Of a DNA stretch of 60,770 nucleotides, positions 27,156 through 38,414 are shown piece after piece. The position numbers were made by a program, and so were the translations under genes. The notes beneath the pieces are model-generated. The model had not been told where the DNA came from and made no database searches. It saw only the letters and a list, made by a program, of their open reading frames with translations. The DNA is from Bacteroidales bacterium (GTDB lineage Bacteria > Bacteroidota > Bacteroidia > Bacteroidales > WCHB1-69), in assembly GCA_038210985.1 (NCBI GenBank), contig JBBQWB010000006.1, forward strand, positions 1-60,770. Reading direction: 5' to 3'. Every line of letters starts with the position of its first letter. Within the stretch, counting starts at the first letter, position 1.

Positions 27156-29150
27156 TTAATCGATTTTTCTTAGTACAAATGCTGTACGAGCTGGGATATA
27201 AACTTTTAAAAAAAAATCTACACCATTCTCAACTGGCTTATATAGCAATGTTTCGTCAATGAGATTAAATCCGTCGAACAACTTATTATCTGTATTTAAT
27301 ACAATTTTCCAGCTACTTAAATCATTCACTTTAAATCCATAATCGAAAAAAGAGGTAATAGGATTAAAGTTGAAAACAAAAATATGATTTCCTCGACTAA
27401 ACGAAAGCACTTGATCTTGATTATTTGCAGTAATATTTTGAATTGAATAATCATATAAATTATTGCTTTTCAGCAGATTAATCATAGCATTGTCGAACTC
27501 CCACAGATTTCGGTATCTTAATTCTTTTTTTTCGATTAAACTCCACTGGCGACAAGCGTAATGATACGACCAATTATTTCCTTCTCTTGGAAAATCAATC
27601 CATTCGGGATGACCAAATTCATTTCCCATAAAATTCAGATAAGCCCCACCAGCGGTTGAACTCGTAATTAATCGTATCATTTTATGCAAAGCAATTCCTC
27701 TATCCACTTTTAAGTGATTGCTTTTTGTATCCATGTGCCAATACATATCGGCACCTATGAGTCGAAATATTATAGTTTGGTCGCCAACTAAGGCTTGGTC
27801 GTGCGATTCGGCATAACTCACCACGTTTTCATCTGCACGTTTATCCGTTAAACGTTGAAGCATTTCGCTAACGTTCCATTCTTCGTCATTAAATTCCTTA
27901 ATTAGTTTAATCCAGTAATCTGGAATTCCCATTGCCATTCGAAAATCGAACCCAATTCCACCTTTTTCGATATCCACTCCCATTCCAGGAAAACCGCTCA
28001 TATCTTCGGCAACCGTTATAGCTTCGGGATTAATTTGATGAATTAATTTATTTGCCAAACGAAGATAAACTATTGCATCCTGATCTAAATTGTCGTTATA
28101 GTAATCATCGTACGACATAAAATTTTGTCCCAATCCATGATTTTTAAAAATCATGCTGGTTACTCCATCGAAACGAAAACCATCAAAGCGATATTCTTCG
28201 AGCCAATATTTACAATTAGACAGCAGGAAGTTTAAAACCTGAGGTTTTCCATAATTAAAACAACGCGAATCCCAAGCTTGATGAAAACCGCGATCGCCCT
28301 CGTGAAAAAACTGACTTGTTGAACCGTCGAATTTACTTATTCCCTCCACCTCGTTTTTAACTGCGTGTGAATGAACAACATCCATAATTACAAGAATCCC
28401 TATACCATGTGCTTCATCAATCAATTCTTTTAGCTCTTCGGGAGTTCCAAAGCGTGAAGAAGCTGCAAAAAAGGATGATACATGATACCCAAACGAGCCA
28501 TAATAAGGATGTTCTTGAATAGCCATCAATTGAATAACCGTGTAACCAGCTTTATGTATTCGGGGAAGAATAAATTTTCTAAATTCTGAAAAACTTGCCA
28601 CCTTGCCTTCTTCGAGCGACATGCCAACGTGGGCTTCGTATATCAAAACTGTATCTGGGCGAGAAGGTGTTGCATGTTTCCATGAATACTGTTTTTCGGG
28701 CATCCATATTTGAGCAGAAAAAATATGTGTATTTACATCTTGTACCACTCTGTTTGCCCATGCAGGAATTCTTTCGCCACTCCCGCCCTGCCATTCGACC
28801 AATATTTTATAAAAATCCTTATGTTTTAATTTAGAATTAGATATTTTAAATTCCCAATTTCCATTTCCAGTAGAATAAAATTCAAAATCCTTATTTTTGC
28901 TCCAATTTGACGCATCGCAAAGCAAATAAACAGCAGTTGCATTTTCAATCCACTCTCTAAAAACAAAATCATCATCTATTAAATGTAATCCATAAAATAG
29001 ATGTCCATTTATTTTGTCTTTTAAAACATCTTTATATGCTTCGGCAAAATAAGCTTCAGCTTGAAACGACAGACTCAAAATTTGAATAATTTTATTTTTA
29101 TAAGGGAATAAGTATTCGTCATTTCGGATAAATTCGGGAAAGAAAGCCAT
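27156..29150 (-). CDS. glgB: 1,4-alpha-glucan branching enzyme (GH13_8 type)
   Basis: IYEAHVGM, QEHPYYGSFGYHV, DGFRFDGVTSM, AED.SG, YAESHDQALVGD. Confidence 0.95.
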   Translation of the reverse strand: MAFFPEFIRNDEYLFPYKNKIIQILSLSFQAEAYFAEAYKDVLKDKINGHLFYGLHLIDDDFVFREWIENATAVYLLCDASNWSKNKDFEFYSTGNGNWEFKISNSKLKHKDFYKILVEWQGGSGERIPAWANRVVQDVNTHIFSAQIWMPEKQYSWKHATPSRPDTVLIYEAHVGMSLEEGKVASFSEFRKFILPRIHKAGYTVIQLMAIQEHPYYGSFGYHVSSFFAASSRFGTPEELKELIDEAHGIGILVIMDVVHSHAVKNEVEGISKFDGSTSQFFHEGDRGFHQAWDSRCFNYGKPQVLNFLLSNCKYWLEEYRFDGFRFDGVTSMIFKNHGLGQNFMSYDDYYNDNLDQDAIVYLRLANKLIHQINPEAITVAEDMSGFPGMGVDIEKGGIGFDFRMAMGIPDYWIKLIKEFNDEEWNVSEMLQRLTDKRADENVVSYAESHDQALVGDQTIIFRLIGADMYWHMDTKSNHLKVDRGIALHKMIRLITSSTAGGAYLNFMGNEFGHPEWIDFPREGNNWSYHYACRQWSLIEKKELRYRNLWEFDNAMINLLKSNNLYDYSIQNITANNQDQVLSFSRGNHIFVFNFNPITSFFDYGFKVNDLSSWKIVLNTDNKLFDGFNLIDETLLYKPVENGVDFFLKVYIPARTAFVLRKID

Positions 29151-29329
29151 AAAGAATATATTTGAGAATGTAAAAATACAATAAATAATGGAACATTATC
29201 CTATCCTAAAACGTATAAATTTAATTAAAAGAATGTTTTATTTTAGAAATACCAAAAAAAAAATCAAACATATATTTGATTTCACAATTTTTTGATTAAA
29301 TTTACCGAGTACATTAAAAAAGTTTAAGT

Positions 29330-29920
29330 ATGAAAAATTTTAGAAATGCCTTTTTTGTAATAACCATTTTGGGTATTATTGCGTTTATTTCATGTAAAAA
29401 AGAACCCACTCCTGAACCTGCTAAACCTATTGAAGCATCGTTTACACTTAGTTTAAACGGATCAGCTCAATCGGCAACTGTTAATACTGCAAATATTTTG
29501 TATGAATTAAATGCAGATACTACTTTTGCTGGTAGTTATCGCATTACTTTATCCGTAGCAGCCAATCTTGGTGGGTCAAATAATTTATTCTTTTCAGTTT
29601 GGTGTTATGATATTCATAATCCCACATCTGGTGGTATTCGAGCTAAAAAATATTTTACAAATCCAAGCAGATGCGATTGCAGAACATACAACGACACTAC
29701 TTTATGCGATGGCAGTACATTATCCTTTAACATAGCTGAAACTGCTTATAAAACAGATGTATCAGACGTAAACAGTTACATTAACATTACATCATGCGAT
29801 ACTAAAGCAAAATTATTAGCTGGCAACGTTTCGGTTAAAACAATAGCTAGCAATGATGCCAATAATATTCAAATTGTTACCATAGCATTTAGCAACATTA
29901 GTTACACCGTATTAAATTAA
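29330..29920 (+). CDS. hypothetical Cys-containing lipoprotein
   Basis: lipobox FISC-KKE; beta-rich; paralog of the next gene. Confidence 0.75.
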   Translation: MKNFRNAFFVITILGIIAFISCKKEPTPEPAKPIEASFTLSLNGSAQSATVNTANILYELNADTTFAGSYRITLSVAANLGGSNNLFFSVWCYDIHNPTSGGIRAKKYFTNPSRCDCRTYNDTTLCDGSTLSFNIAETAYKTDVSDVNSYINITSCDTKAKLLAGNVSVKTIASNDANNIQIVTIAFSNISYTVLN

Positions 29921-29932
29921 AAAAAGGAATAT

Positions 29933-30532
29933 ATGAAAAACAGAACAAAAACTTTGATTTATTTTATACTTTTCAATTTAATAATTTTAGCCTCTTGTAA
30001 AGAAGACATTGTTCGTCTCGACCCACTTGCTCTTCCTGAAGACATGTCGATGGAATTATATATAAAAAACAATTTTTATACTCCTTTAAAATACGATAAT
30101 TACCTAGTTTATGGAACTAGACAAGATACAATAAGATGCAGATATTTCGTATTGAGTTGTTTACTTGCTAACAATGAAAAATTTGAAATTAGTGTAACTA
30201 ATTGGTTTTATCAGGGAGGTCATTCAAAAGGAGTTTTTGTTAAACCATATATTTTTGGGCCTAATGATACTACTCAAGTTTGCAATTCGATAGGCAACCC
30301 TGATTCGAGCTATTGTGATGGAGCTAATTTGCGCTACATAATTAGCGAAGATTATATTTATGAAGCAAATGATGGAGCAAATGGAAGCGTAAATATCACA
30401 TACTGCAATCCTATTACAGGCAAAATGTCGGGAAATTTTCGTAGCATGATGGTAGCAAAGCCTCCGTATCAGGACACTTTGTTTGTTCAAGGAAGTTTTA
30501 AAAACCAACGATACTTTTTTAGATCAAATTAA
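29933..30532 (+). CDS. hypothetical Cys-containing lipoprotein
   Basis: lipobox LASC-KED; shares CDG..L, NIT.C and GN motifs with the previous gene. Confidence 0.75.
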   Translation: MKNRTKTLIYFILFNLIILASCKEDIVRLDPLALPEDMSMELYIKNNFYTPLKYDNYLVYGTRQDTIRCRYFVLSCLLANNEKFEISVTNWFYQGGHSKGVFVKPYIFGPNDTTQVCNSIGNPDSSYCDGANLRYIISEDYIYEANDGANGSVNITYCNPITGKMSGNFRSMMVAKPPYQDTLFVQGSFKNQRYFFRSN

Positions 30533-30542
30533 TGGATAACAT

Positions 30543-30580
30543 AAAAAAAAAACTGTCATGGAAACTGACAGTTTTTTTTT
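30543..30580. terminator. bidirectional terminator
   Basis: A-run-ctgtca / tgacag-T-run. Confidence 0.8.
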
Positions 30581-30594
30581 GGTCGAACAAACGG

Positions 30595-30634
30595 ATAATA
30601 AAAAGGCTAACAATAATGTTAGCCTTTTTATTAT
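30595..30634. terminator. terminator of the alpha operon after rplQ
   Basis: ataataaaaaggctaaca / tgttagcctttttattat. Confidence 0.8.
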
Positions 30635-30647
30635 TATTGGAAGTAAT

Positions 30648-31196
30648 TTAAACTTTATCTTCGCTAGTAATTGATTCGTCGGCAACAGGTTCAACAGGTT
30701 TAGTTTCTTCTGCAACTTCTTCAATAACTTTAGCAACTTCTGCAACAGGAGTTTCCACTACTTTTTCTGTTTTAGCTTTAGTTGTAGCTCTTCTTCTGGT
30801 TTTTTTCGTTTTAGTATCAGATTTAGTAGTATAATTTTCGTTATAGTCAACTAATTCGATAATACACATTTCTGCATTATCACCTAAACGGTTACCCAGT
30901 TTAAGAATACGCGTATAACCACCTGGACGTGAGGCTATTTTAACCGAAATATCTCTAAATAATTCAGTAACGGCTGTTTTGTCTTGCAAGTAGCTAAAAA
31001 CGACACGGCGAGAATGTGTGGTATCATTTTTTCCTCTATTAATAAGAGGTTCCACATATTTTCTAAGTGCTTTAGCTTTTGCAACAGTTGTTGTGATTTT
31101 TTTATGTATAATCAACGAAGTGGCCATATTCGACAACATTGCGTGTCGGTGGGCACTAGTTCTTCCTAAATGATTGATTTTTTTACTATGTCTCAT
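30648..31196 (-). CDS. rplQ: 50S ribosomal protein L17
   Basis: [22 protein letters not shown]; low-complexity tail. Confidence 0.98.
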   Translation of the reverse strand: MRHSKKINHLGRTSAHRHAMLSNMATSLIIHKKITTTVAKAKALRKYVEPLINRGKNDTTHSRRVVFSYLQDKTAVTELFRDISVKIASRPGGYTRILKLGNRLGDNAEMCIIELVDYNENYTTKSDTKTKKTRRRATTKAKTEKVVETPVAEVAKVIEEVAEETKPVEPVADESITSEDKV

Positions 31197-31201
31197 TGCT
31201 A

Positions 31202-32194
31202 TTAATCCTTATCTAATTTATATTTTTCTACATTCATACCGAATTCCATACCTTTTGCTTTAACTAGGTCTTCAAGTTCAGAAAGGGATTTTTTACCAAA
31301 GTTTCTAAATTTAAGTAAATCATTTTTCTGATATGAAACTAAATCACCAAGAGTTTCGATATACGCAGCTTTCAGGCAGTTTAGAGCACGAACTGACAAA
31401 TCAAGCTCGGTAAGTCTAGTTTTAAGTAATTGACGAATGTGTAAAGAATTTTCGTCAAATTCTTCGGTAATACTTTTTTCTTCTGTTTCGAATGATATTT
31501 TTTCGTCGGAGAAAAGCATAAAATGCTGAATAAGAATTTTAGCAGCTTCTTTTAATGCTTCTTTAGGATGTATTGAACCATCGGTTAATATCTCGAAAAC
31601 TAATTTTTCAAAATCTGTTTTTTGTTCAACTCGAAAATTGTCGATGTAATATTTCACATTACGAATTGGAGTGTGAATTGAATCAATAACAATAACTCCA
31701 ATACCTTGATGAAGCGACTTGTTATCTTCGGCAGAAACGTATCCTCTACCTTTATCAATAGTAAGCTCAATATTAATTTTCACATTTGATTCCATGTGGC
31801 AAATAACCAACTCAGGATTAAGAATTTGAAAATTATTGAGAAATTTATTTATATCACTTGCTTTAAAAACCTCTTGGTCGCCAATAGTAACCATAACTTT
31901 TTCGGAGTTAACGTTATCGATTTGACGTTTAAAGCGAATTTGTTTAAGATTTAGAACAATTTCAGTAACATCTTCGATTACTCCTTTGATGGTAGAAAAT
32001 TCTTGGTCAACTCCTTCAATTTTAAGCGAAGTGATGGCATACCCTTCCAAAGAAGATAAAAGGACTCTGCGTAATGCGTTTCCGATAGTGATACCAAAAC
32101 CAGGCTGAAGAGGGCGAAGTTCAAATACGCCTTTCTTTTCATCAGATTCGAGCATTACTACTACATCGGGTTTTTGGAATGTTAAAATAGCCAT
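31202..32194 (-). CDS. rpoA: RNA polymerase alpha subunit
   Basis: [36 protein letters not shown]. Confidence 0.98.
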   Translation of the reverse strand: MAILTFQKPDVVVMLESDEKKGVFELRPLQPGFGITIGNALRRVLLSSLEGYAITSLKIEGVDQEFSTIKGVIEDVTEIVLNLKQIRFKRQIDNVNSEKVMVTIGDQEVFKASDINKFLNNFQILNPELVICHMESNVKINIELTIDKGRGYVSAEDNKSLHQGIGVIVIDSIHTPIRNVKYYIDNFRVEQKTDFEKLVFEILTDGSIHPKEALKEAAKILIQHFMLFSDEKISFETEEKSITEEFDENSLHIRQLLKTRLTELDLSVRALNCLKAAYIETLGDLVSYQKNDLLKFRNFGKKSLSELEDLVKAKGMEFGMNVEKYKLDKD

Positions 32195-32222
32195 TTATCT
32201 TTATTTTTTTAATGATTAACTA

Positions 32223-32831
32223 TTACTTAGAGTATAACTCAACAATAAGTTGTTCCTTGATATTTTCAGGGATAAATTCACGTTCTGGGTTTGAAAGATA
32301 AGTACCTGTTAAAGTATCTTTATCCCATTCCATCCATGGAAATTTACTAGAAATTCTGCCGGACAATGAATCGGAAATAACTTCTAATGATTTAGATTTT
32401 TCACGAACAGAAACTTTATCGCCAATTTTAATGCGGTATGAAGGAATATTTACAACACTGCCATTAACCACAATATGTTTATGACTAACTAACTGACGAG
32501 CAGCAGCACGAGTTGGAGCGATACCCAAACGAAAAACAACATTATCTAATCTTGATTCTAATAATTTCAATAAATTATCACCTGTACGACCGTGTATTTT
32601 AGCAGCATCGTTAAAGGTTTTTCTAAATTGACGTTCAAGTAATCCGTATGTATATTTCGCTTTTTGTTTTTCCATTAGCTGAATGCCATATTCGGAAGTT
32701 TTGCCACGTTTACGGGAAGCACCATGTTGACCAGGAGGATAATTTTTCTTTTCTAAATACTTATCTGGACCGAATATGGGTTCACGAAATTTTCGTGCAA
32801 TTTTTGATTTTGGGCCAATATATCTTGCCAT
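32223..32831 (-). CDS. rpsD: 30S ribosomal protein S4
   Basis: [24 protein letters not shown]. Confidence 0.98.
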   Translation of the reverse strand: MARYIGPKSKIARKFREPIFGPDKYLEKKNYPPGQHGASRKRGKTSEYGIQLMEKQKAKYTYGLLERQFRKTFNDAAKIHGRTGDNLLKLLESRLDNVVFRLGIAPTRAAARQLVSHKHIVVNGSVVNIPSYRIKIGDKVSVREKSKSLEVISDSLSGRISSKFPWMEWDKDTLTGTYLSNPEREFIPENIKEQLIVELYSK

Positions 32832-32869
32832 GTTATTTCAATTTTTCTATTTACTATTAAATCACTTAA

Positions 32870-33259
32870 TTAAACTCTACGACGTTTTGGAGGGCGACAA
32901 CCATTGTGAGGCAATGGAGTAACATCCATAATTTCGGTAACTTCAATACCACACGAATGAATGGTACGGATTGCAGATTCTCTACCTGAACCAGGTCCTT
33001 TTACGAAAACTTTTACTTTACGCAAGCCTAAATCGTAAGCAACTTTTGAACAATCGGTAGCTGCCATTTGTGCTGCATAGGGAGTATTTTTTTTCGATCC
33101 ACGGAAACCCATTTTACCTGCTGAAGACCAAGAAATTACTTGTCCTTCGTTATTGGTAAGTGAGATAATAATATTATTGAATGATGCCGAAACAAATGCT
33201 TTTCCGACTGCTTCAATTTTTACTACTCTTTTCTTTGAAACTTTTGTAGTTTTTGCCAT
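32870..33259 (-). CDS. rpsK: 30S ribosomal protein S11
   Basis: [24 protein letters not shown]. Confidence 0.98.
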   Translation of the reverse strand: MAKTTKVSKKRVVKIEAVGKAFVSASFNNIIISLTNNEGQVISWSSAGKMGFRGSKKNTPYAAQMAATDCSKVAYDLGLRKVKVFVKGPGSGRESAIRTIHSCGIEVTEIMDVTPLPHNGCRPPKRRRV

Positions 33260-33290
33260 AATGCTATATTTTCTCTGCTTCTAATGATTA

Positions 33291-33665
33291 CTATTTAGTT
33301 GCTTTTTTCTTGTTAGCAACAGTTTTTCTCTTTCCTTTACGGGTACGAGCATTGTTTTTTGTACTTTGCCCACGCAATGGTAATCCTGAACGATGACGAA
33401 TACCGCGATAACACCCGATATCCATTAATCGTTTAATGTTCATTTGAATTTCTGAACGAAGACCGCCTTCAATTCTCATTGTTCCTACTCGTTCACGAAT
33501 AGTGGCTAACTCATCATCGTTCCATTCACTAACTTTCTTATCGAAGCTAATGCTAGCGTCCTTTAGGATCATGCGAGCAGTGCTACGACCTATTCCGAAA
33601 ATATAGGTTAAACCTACTTCTCCTCTTTTGTTTTTGGGTAAATCTACACCAGCGATTCTTGCCAT
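33291..33665 (-). CDS. rpsM: 30S ribosomal protein S13
   Basis: [28 protein letters not shown]. Confidence 0.98.
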   Translation of the reverse strand: MARIAGVDLPKNKRGEVGLTYIFGIGRSTARMILKDASISFDKKVSEWNDDELATIRERVGTMRIEGGLRSEIQMNIKRLMDIGCYRGIRHRSGLPLRGQSTKNNARTRKGKRKTVANKKKATK

Positions 33666-33695
33666 ATAATTTTATCTCTTGTTAAATTAATTAAT

Positions 33696-33812
33696 TTATC
33701 CTTGACGCTGTTTAAACTTAGGATTTTTTTTATTGATTACATATAGAACACCTTTACGGCGGACTAGCTTGCAATCTTCAGAACGTTTTTTTACAGATGC
33801 TCTTACTTTCAT
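33696..33812 (-). CDS. rpmJ: 50S ribosomal protein L36, zinc-free form (not in ORF track)
   Basis: translated by hand: [38 protein letters not shown]. Confidence 0.97.
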   Translation of the reverse strand: MKVRASVKKRSEDCKLVRRKGVLYVINKKNPKFKQRQG

Positions 33813-33824
33813 GATTCAATTTTA

Positions 33825-34043
33825 TTATTTGTATCTAAATGTTATTCTACCTTTTGTTAAATCGTATGGAGACATTTCTATCTGTACTTTATCTCCAGGT
33901 AATATTTTAATATAATGCATTCGCATTTTTCCCGATATATGAGCAGTAATAATGTGTCCGTTTTCGAGTTCCACTCTAAACATTGCATTTCCGAGTGATT
34001 CGATTACAGTTCCGTCTTGTTGTATGGACAATTGTTTTGCCAT
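33825..34043 (-). CDS. infA: translation initiation factor IF-1
   Basis: [26 protein letters not shown]. Confidence 0.98.
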   Translation of the reverse strand: MAKQLSIQQDGTVIESLGNAMFRVELENGHIITAHISGKMRMHYIKILPGDKVQIEMSPYDLTKGRITFRYK

Positions 34044-34837
34044 TAATTATTCTCTTTTATTATTTGTTCAATGTATTCGTATGTAGAAAGTATTTCTGCT
34101 TTTTGTTTTCTAACAACAATTTGATGTTCAAAGTGTGCCGAAGGTTTTCCATCAGCGGTTCGAACAGTCCAACCATCGTTCTCGAATAGTATGTATTTTT
34201 TACCATAATTAATCATTGGTTCAATACAAATTACCATTCCATCTTTTAGTTTTACACCTTTAGCAGCTTGCCCATAATTTGGCACTTCTGGTTTTTCGTG
34301 AAGTGATCGTCCAATTCCATGACCAACCAGCTCTCGTACAACAGAAAACCCATGAGATTCGACATACGTTTGAATCGTAAAACCGATATCTCCCACAGTG
34401 TTTCCATCAATTGCCATTTCAATGCCTTTATAAAGAGATTCTTGAGTTATTTTTAATAATCTTAAATACTCTTCATTCACATTGCCTACAGCAAAGGTGT
34501 AAGCATAATCGCCGTGATAACCATTTTTTACAACTCCACAATCAACCGAAACGATATCTCCATCTTTAATTGTGTATTCATTTGGAATTCCATGAACCAC
34601 TTTATCATTAACAGAAATACATAGCGTTGAAGGGAATCCGTTGTATCCTTTAAAGGATGGTTTACCACCATTTTCAAGAATAAACTTTTCTGCAATTTCA
34701 TCTAAAAATTTAGTTTTCACACCAATTTTTAAATGTTTTGCTACCTCGGCTAAGGTTTTTCCAACAAGCAAAGAACTTTCTTTAATTAATTTAATTTCAA
34801 GTTCAGTTTTAATATTTGATCCAAAAAACTTTGTCAC
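34043..34837 (-). CDS. map: methionine aminopeptidase type I
   Basis: CISVN..VVHGIP, DCG....YHGD, GHGIG..LHE, IEPM, SAHFEH; GTG start. Confidence 0.97.
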   Translation of the reverse strand: MTKFFGSNIKTELEIKLIKESSLLVGKTLAEVAKHLKIGVKTKFLDEIAEKFILENGGKPSFKGYNGFPSTLCISVNDKVVHGIPNEYTIKDGDIVSVDCGVVKNGYHGDYAYTFAVGNVNEEYLRLLKITQESLYKGIEMAIDGNTVGDIGFTIQTYVESHGFSVVRELVGHGIGRSLHEKPEVPNYGQAAKGVKLKDGMVICIEPMINYGKKYILFENDGWTVRTADGKPSAHFEHQIVVRKQKAEILSTYEYIEQIIKENN

Positions 34838-34839
34838 AA

Positions 34840-36195
34840 TTATAGTCCAACTGAAGAACGTCCTTTAATACGTCCCGATTTTGTTAATCCATCATAATGT
34901 CTCATAAGCAGGTGACTTTCTATTTGTTGAAGTGTATCAAGCACAACGCCAACAAGAATTAATAAAGAAGTACCGCCATAAAATTGAGCAAATTGAGAGT
35001 TCACTCCTGCTATTCCAACAAAAGCTGGTAATATAGCGACGAGTGCAAGGAAGAAAGAACCTGGAAGAGTAATTCGAGACATTACATTATCTATAAATTC
35101 GGAGGTTTTTTTACCTGGTTTAATTCCAGGAATAAACCCTCCATTCTTTTTCATGTCTTCGGCAATCTGATTAGGATTGATTGTAATTGCTGTATAAAAA
35201 TATGTAAAAAGTATAATTAATATAGCAAAGGTAAAGTTATACCAAAATCCATGAAAATCGGAAAAAGCAGCAGCAAATCCCGAAAGACTTTCGGAGTTAG
35301 CAAACTGCATAAAAGTCATTGGTAAAAACATAATTGCTTGAGCAAAGATGATTGGCATTACACCAGCAGCATTTACTTTCATTGGTAAATACTGACGCAC
35401 ACCACCATATTGTTTATTTCCAACAACACGTTTTGCATATTGTACTGGAATTCTACGAGTACCTTGGACGAGCAATATACATAATAGAATAACTCCAACC
35501 AAAACTACAAGTTCGATAATAAAAATTACAAGTCCACCATTGCTTTGTTCTTCCATACGTGAAGCGAATTCACCAAAAAGAGCAAAAGGTAAACGAGCAA
35601 TAATACCAATCATAATGATTAATGATATACCGTTTCCAATACCTTTATCGGTAATTTTTTCACCGAGCCACATTACAAACATAGTTCCCGCAACCAATAT
35701 CAGAACAGAAGATAAAACAAACAAGTACGATGGAGCTACATCGGGCAAAAACGGATAAAATGCACTTGATGGCATTTTACTAGTTAAGTTTGCTATATAA
35801 CTAGGAGCTTGTAAACCAGTAACTAATATTGTAAGATAACGAGTAATTTGATTTATTTTCTTACGACCACTTTCACCTTCTTTTTGGAGGCGTTGGAAAT
35901 AAGGAATTGCCATACCTAAAAGTTGCACTACAATAGATGCAGAGATGTAAGGCATAATACCAAGAGCAAAAATAGAAGCATTTGAGAAAGCACCACCTGA
36001 GAACATATCAAGAATTCCAAGTAAACCTTCTTTGGAACTTTTAGAGAAAGATCCAAGCATATTTGCATCCACACCCGGCAATACAATGTGAGAACCCAAT
36101 CGATATATAAGAATTATACCTAGAGTAAATAATATTCTATTGCGAAGGTCCTCAATTTTGTAGATGTTTTTTAGTGTTTCGATGAATCGTTTCAT
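34840..36195 (-). CDS. secY: preprotein translocase SecY
   Basis: SIFALGIMPYISASI, GIGNGISL, AGVMPIIFA, GGTSLLI. Confidence 0.98.
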   Translation of the reverse strand: MKRFIETLKNIYKIEDLRNRILFTLGIILIYRLGSHIVLPGVDANMLGSFSKSSKEGLLGILDMFSGGAFSNASIFALGIMPYISASIVVQLLGMAIPYFQRLQKEGESGRKKINQITRYLTILVTGLQAPSYIANLTSKMPSSAFYPFLPDVAPSYLFVLSSVLILVAGTMFVMWLGEKITDKGIGNGISLIIMIGIIARLPFALFGEFASRMEEQSNGGLVIFIIELVVLVGVILLCILLVQGTRRIPVQYAKRVVGNKQYGGVRQYLPMKVNAAGVMPIIFAQAIMFLPMTFMQFANSESLSGFAAAFSDFHGFWYNFTFAILIILFTYFYTAITINPNQIAEDMKKNGGFIPGIKPGKKTSEFIDNVMSRITLPGSFFLALVAILPAFVGIAGVNSQFAQFYGGTSLLILVGVVLDTLQQIESHLLMRHYDGLTKSGRIKGRSSVGL

Positions 36196-36201
36196 TGATT
36201 T

Positions 36202-36648
36202 TTAGATTTTAGTTGCTATACCGCCTGCATTTTGAATCATTTCAAGAGCTTTAGCAGAAAAAGCGTGTGCATAAATTTCTATTTTTGCAGTTAAACTACC
36301 TTTTGCTAAAACTTTAATTAAGTCATTACGACCAATTAGCCCATTTTGTTTCAAAACTTCAAAGTTAAAAACAGAAATTCCTTTTTCGTCGTGAAGAAGT
36401 TGAAGTGTACTTAAATTAATAGCGTTATATTCAACGCGATTAATATTTTTGAATCCACCTTTGGGAACGCGTCTATAAAGAGGCATTTGCCCACCTTCAA
36501 AACCTTTTTTCTGTTTATACCCTGAACGCGACTTAGCACCTTTATGACCGCGAGTAGCAGTACCACCACCACCTGATCCTTGACCACGTCCTAAGCGTTT
36601 ATTTGTTTTTGTTGAACCTTCTGCAGGTTTTAAATTACTTAAATTCAT
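36202..36648 (-). CDS. rplO: 50S ribosomal protein L15
   Basis: RLGRGQGSG, GFEGGQMPL. Confidence 0.98.
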   Translation of the reverse strand: MNLSNLKPAEGSTKTNKRLGRGQGSGGGGTATRGHKGAKSRSGYKQKKGFEGGQMPLYRRVPKGGFKNINRVEYNAINLSTLQLLHDEKGISVFNFEVLKQNGLIGRNDLIKVLAKGSLTAKIEIYAHAFSAKALEMIQNAGGIATKI

Positions 36649-36673
36649 ATTGTAGTTGGTTTAATACATTAAT

Positions 36674-36853
36674 TTATAATTCTTCAACTAGAAGTAGATG
36701 TTTAACTTTGTCGATCATACCTTTAATTTGAGGTGTTTCAACTACTTCAACCGATTGGTTCATTCTAGAAATTCCCAAAGCGATAAGAGTTCTTTTTTGT
36801 CTTTCGGGGCGATCGATTTTACTTTTTACTTGTGTTATTTTAAGTTTTCTCAT
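36674..36853 (-). CDS. rpmD: 50S ribosomal protein L30 (not in ORF track)
   Basis: translated by hand, 59 aa: MRKLKITQVKSKIDRPERQKRTLIALG...TPQIKGMIDKVKHLLLVEEL; between rpsE and rplO. Confidence 0.96.
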   Translation of the reverse strand: MRKLKITQVKSKIDRPERQKRTLIALGISRMNQSVEVVETPQIKGMIDKVKHLLLVEEL

Positions 36854-36881
36854 TGCTAAATTTGTTTTTGAAAAAAACGTG

Positions 36882-36912
36882 CAAATTTACAAAAAATCTG
36901 CATCTTTACAAA
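36882..36912 (-). promoter_or_regulatory. internal promoter upstream of rpmD
   Basis: TTTG (36912..36909), 19 nt, TAAATTTG (36889..36882), then CA. Confidence 0.7.
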
Positions 36913-36921
36913 ATTTATTTT

Positions 36922-37440
36922 TTATCCGTTAAACACTTTATTTAGTTCTATTCCTCTAACTTGAGCAATCGTGTAAGGATCGCGCATTTGTAGAAGTGCT
37001 TGTATAGTTGCTTTAACCACACTGTGAGGGTTAGAAGAGCCTTTTGATTTAGCAAGTACGTCTTTTACGCCAACACTTTCTAAAACAGCACGCATTGCAC
37101 CACCTGCAATTACACCAGTACCTGGTGAAGCTGGTTTTACAAATACTAAAGCACCACTATATTTTCCTTCTTGAGAATGAGGAATAGTTCCATTAATAAC
37201 TGGTATTTTAACTAGGTTTTTCTTTGCATCATCAACACCTTTTGCAATTGCAGCGGTTACCTCTTTTGCTTTTCCCAATCCATAACCTACAACACCATTT
37301 TCATTTCCAACAACCACAATTGCTGAAAAACTAAATGTTCGACCTCCTTTGGTAACTTTAGTTACACGTTGGATACTAACTAATCGATCTTTAAATTCGA
37401 TTTCGCTTGATTTTACTCTTTTTACGTTTACGTTTGTCAT
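36922..37440 (-). CDS. rpsE: 30S ribosomal protein S5
   Basis: [18 protein letters not shown]. Confidence 0.98.
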   Translation of the reverse strand: MTNVNVKRVKSSEIEFKDRLVSIQRVTKVTKGGRTFSFSAIVVVGNENGVVGYGLGKAKEVTAAIAKGVDDAKKNLVKIPVINGTIPHSQEGKYSGALVFVKPASPGTGVIAGGAMRAVLESVGVKDVLAKSKGSSNPHSVVKATIQALLQMRDPYTIAQVRGIELNKVFNG

Positions 37441-37449
37441 ATTTACTTT

Positions 37450-37812
37450 TTAGAAAATTAGACCACCTTCTCTAGCACCATCGGCCAAAGATTTAACTCT
37501 ACCATGATACAAATATCCATTTCTATCGAAACGAACGTTTTCGATACCAGCTTCTTTTGCACGCTCTGCAATAAGTAATCCTACTAATTTTGATCTATCA
37601 GATTTTGTTACTTTCTGAGTAGAGATTGAAGGAACTACCGAAGAAGCAGAAACTAATGTTTTACCAGTAGAATCATCAATAATTTGAGCGGTTATTTGTT
37701 TGTTGCTTCTGAAAACTGTTAATCTTGGGTTTTCAGGAATACCTTTTACTTTTTTACGAATTCTATTCTTAATTCTAAGTCTTCTGAATTCTTTTTTATT
37801 TTTGATAGCCAT
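37450..37812 (-). CDS. rplR: 50S ribosomal protein L18
   Basis: [22 protein letters not shown]; start moved to ATG 37812 to avoid overlap with rplF. Confidence 0.96.
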   Translation of the reverse strand: MAIKNKKEFRRLRIKNRIRKKVKGIPENPRLTVFRSNKQITAQIIDDSTGKTLVSASSVVPSISTQKVTKSDRSKLVGLLIAERAKEAGIENVRFDRNGYLYHGRVKSLADGAREGGLIF

Positions 37813-37843
37813 CCTTATTATGGAATTAAATATATTTATAATA

Positions 37844-38398
37844 CTATTTTTCTGCTGATTTACCTGCTTTTTTACGAAGCACTTCACCCTGAAATTTAAT
37901 CCCTTTTCCTTTGTACGGTTCAGGTTTACGGAGAGAGCGAATTTTGGCAGCTACTTGACCTAACAATTGTTTATCTATTGATTTTAAAGTAATTGTAGGG
38001 TTTTTACCTTTTTCAGCAATTGTAACTACACTAACTTCTTTTGGCAATTCAAATATAATATTATGTGAATAACCCAAAGCTAAGTCAAGTATTTGTCCTT
38101 CGGCAGTAGCTTTATAGCCAACACCAACAACTTCTTGAACAATTGTAAACCCTTCGGATACACCTTTAACCATATTTGCAACAAGCATACGGTATAAACC
38201 GTGCATAGCTTTGTGACGTTTTTGGTCAGACTCGCGATTAACAATAATCGCATCTTCATTAATTTCAAAACTGATACAAGGATCGACAAATTGAGTTAAA
38301 GTACCCAATGAACCTCTAACAGTTACGATATGATTTTGACCAACATTCATTTCTACTCCTTTGGGAAGCGGTATATGTAATTTTCCTATTCTTGACAT
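37844..38398 (-). CDS. rplF: 50S ribosomal protein L6
   Basis: [20 protein letters not shown]. Confidence 0.98.
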   Translation of the reverse strand: MSRIGKLHIPLPKGVEMNVGQNHIVTVRGSLGTLTQFVDPCISFEINEDAIIVNRESDQKRHKAMHGLYRMLVANMVKGVSEGFTIVQEVVGVGYKATAEGQILDLALGYSHNIIFELPKEVSVVTIAEKGKNPTITLKSIDKQLLGQVAAKIRSLRKPEPYKGKGIKFQGEVLRKKAGKSAEK

Positions 38399-38414
38399 GA
38401 TTTTCCCTCCTTAA

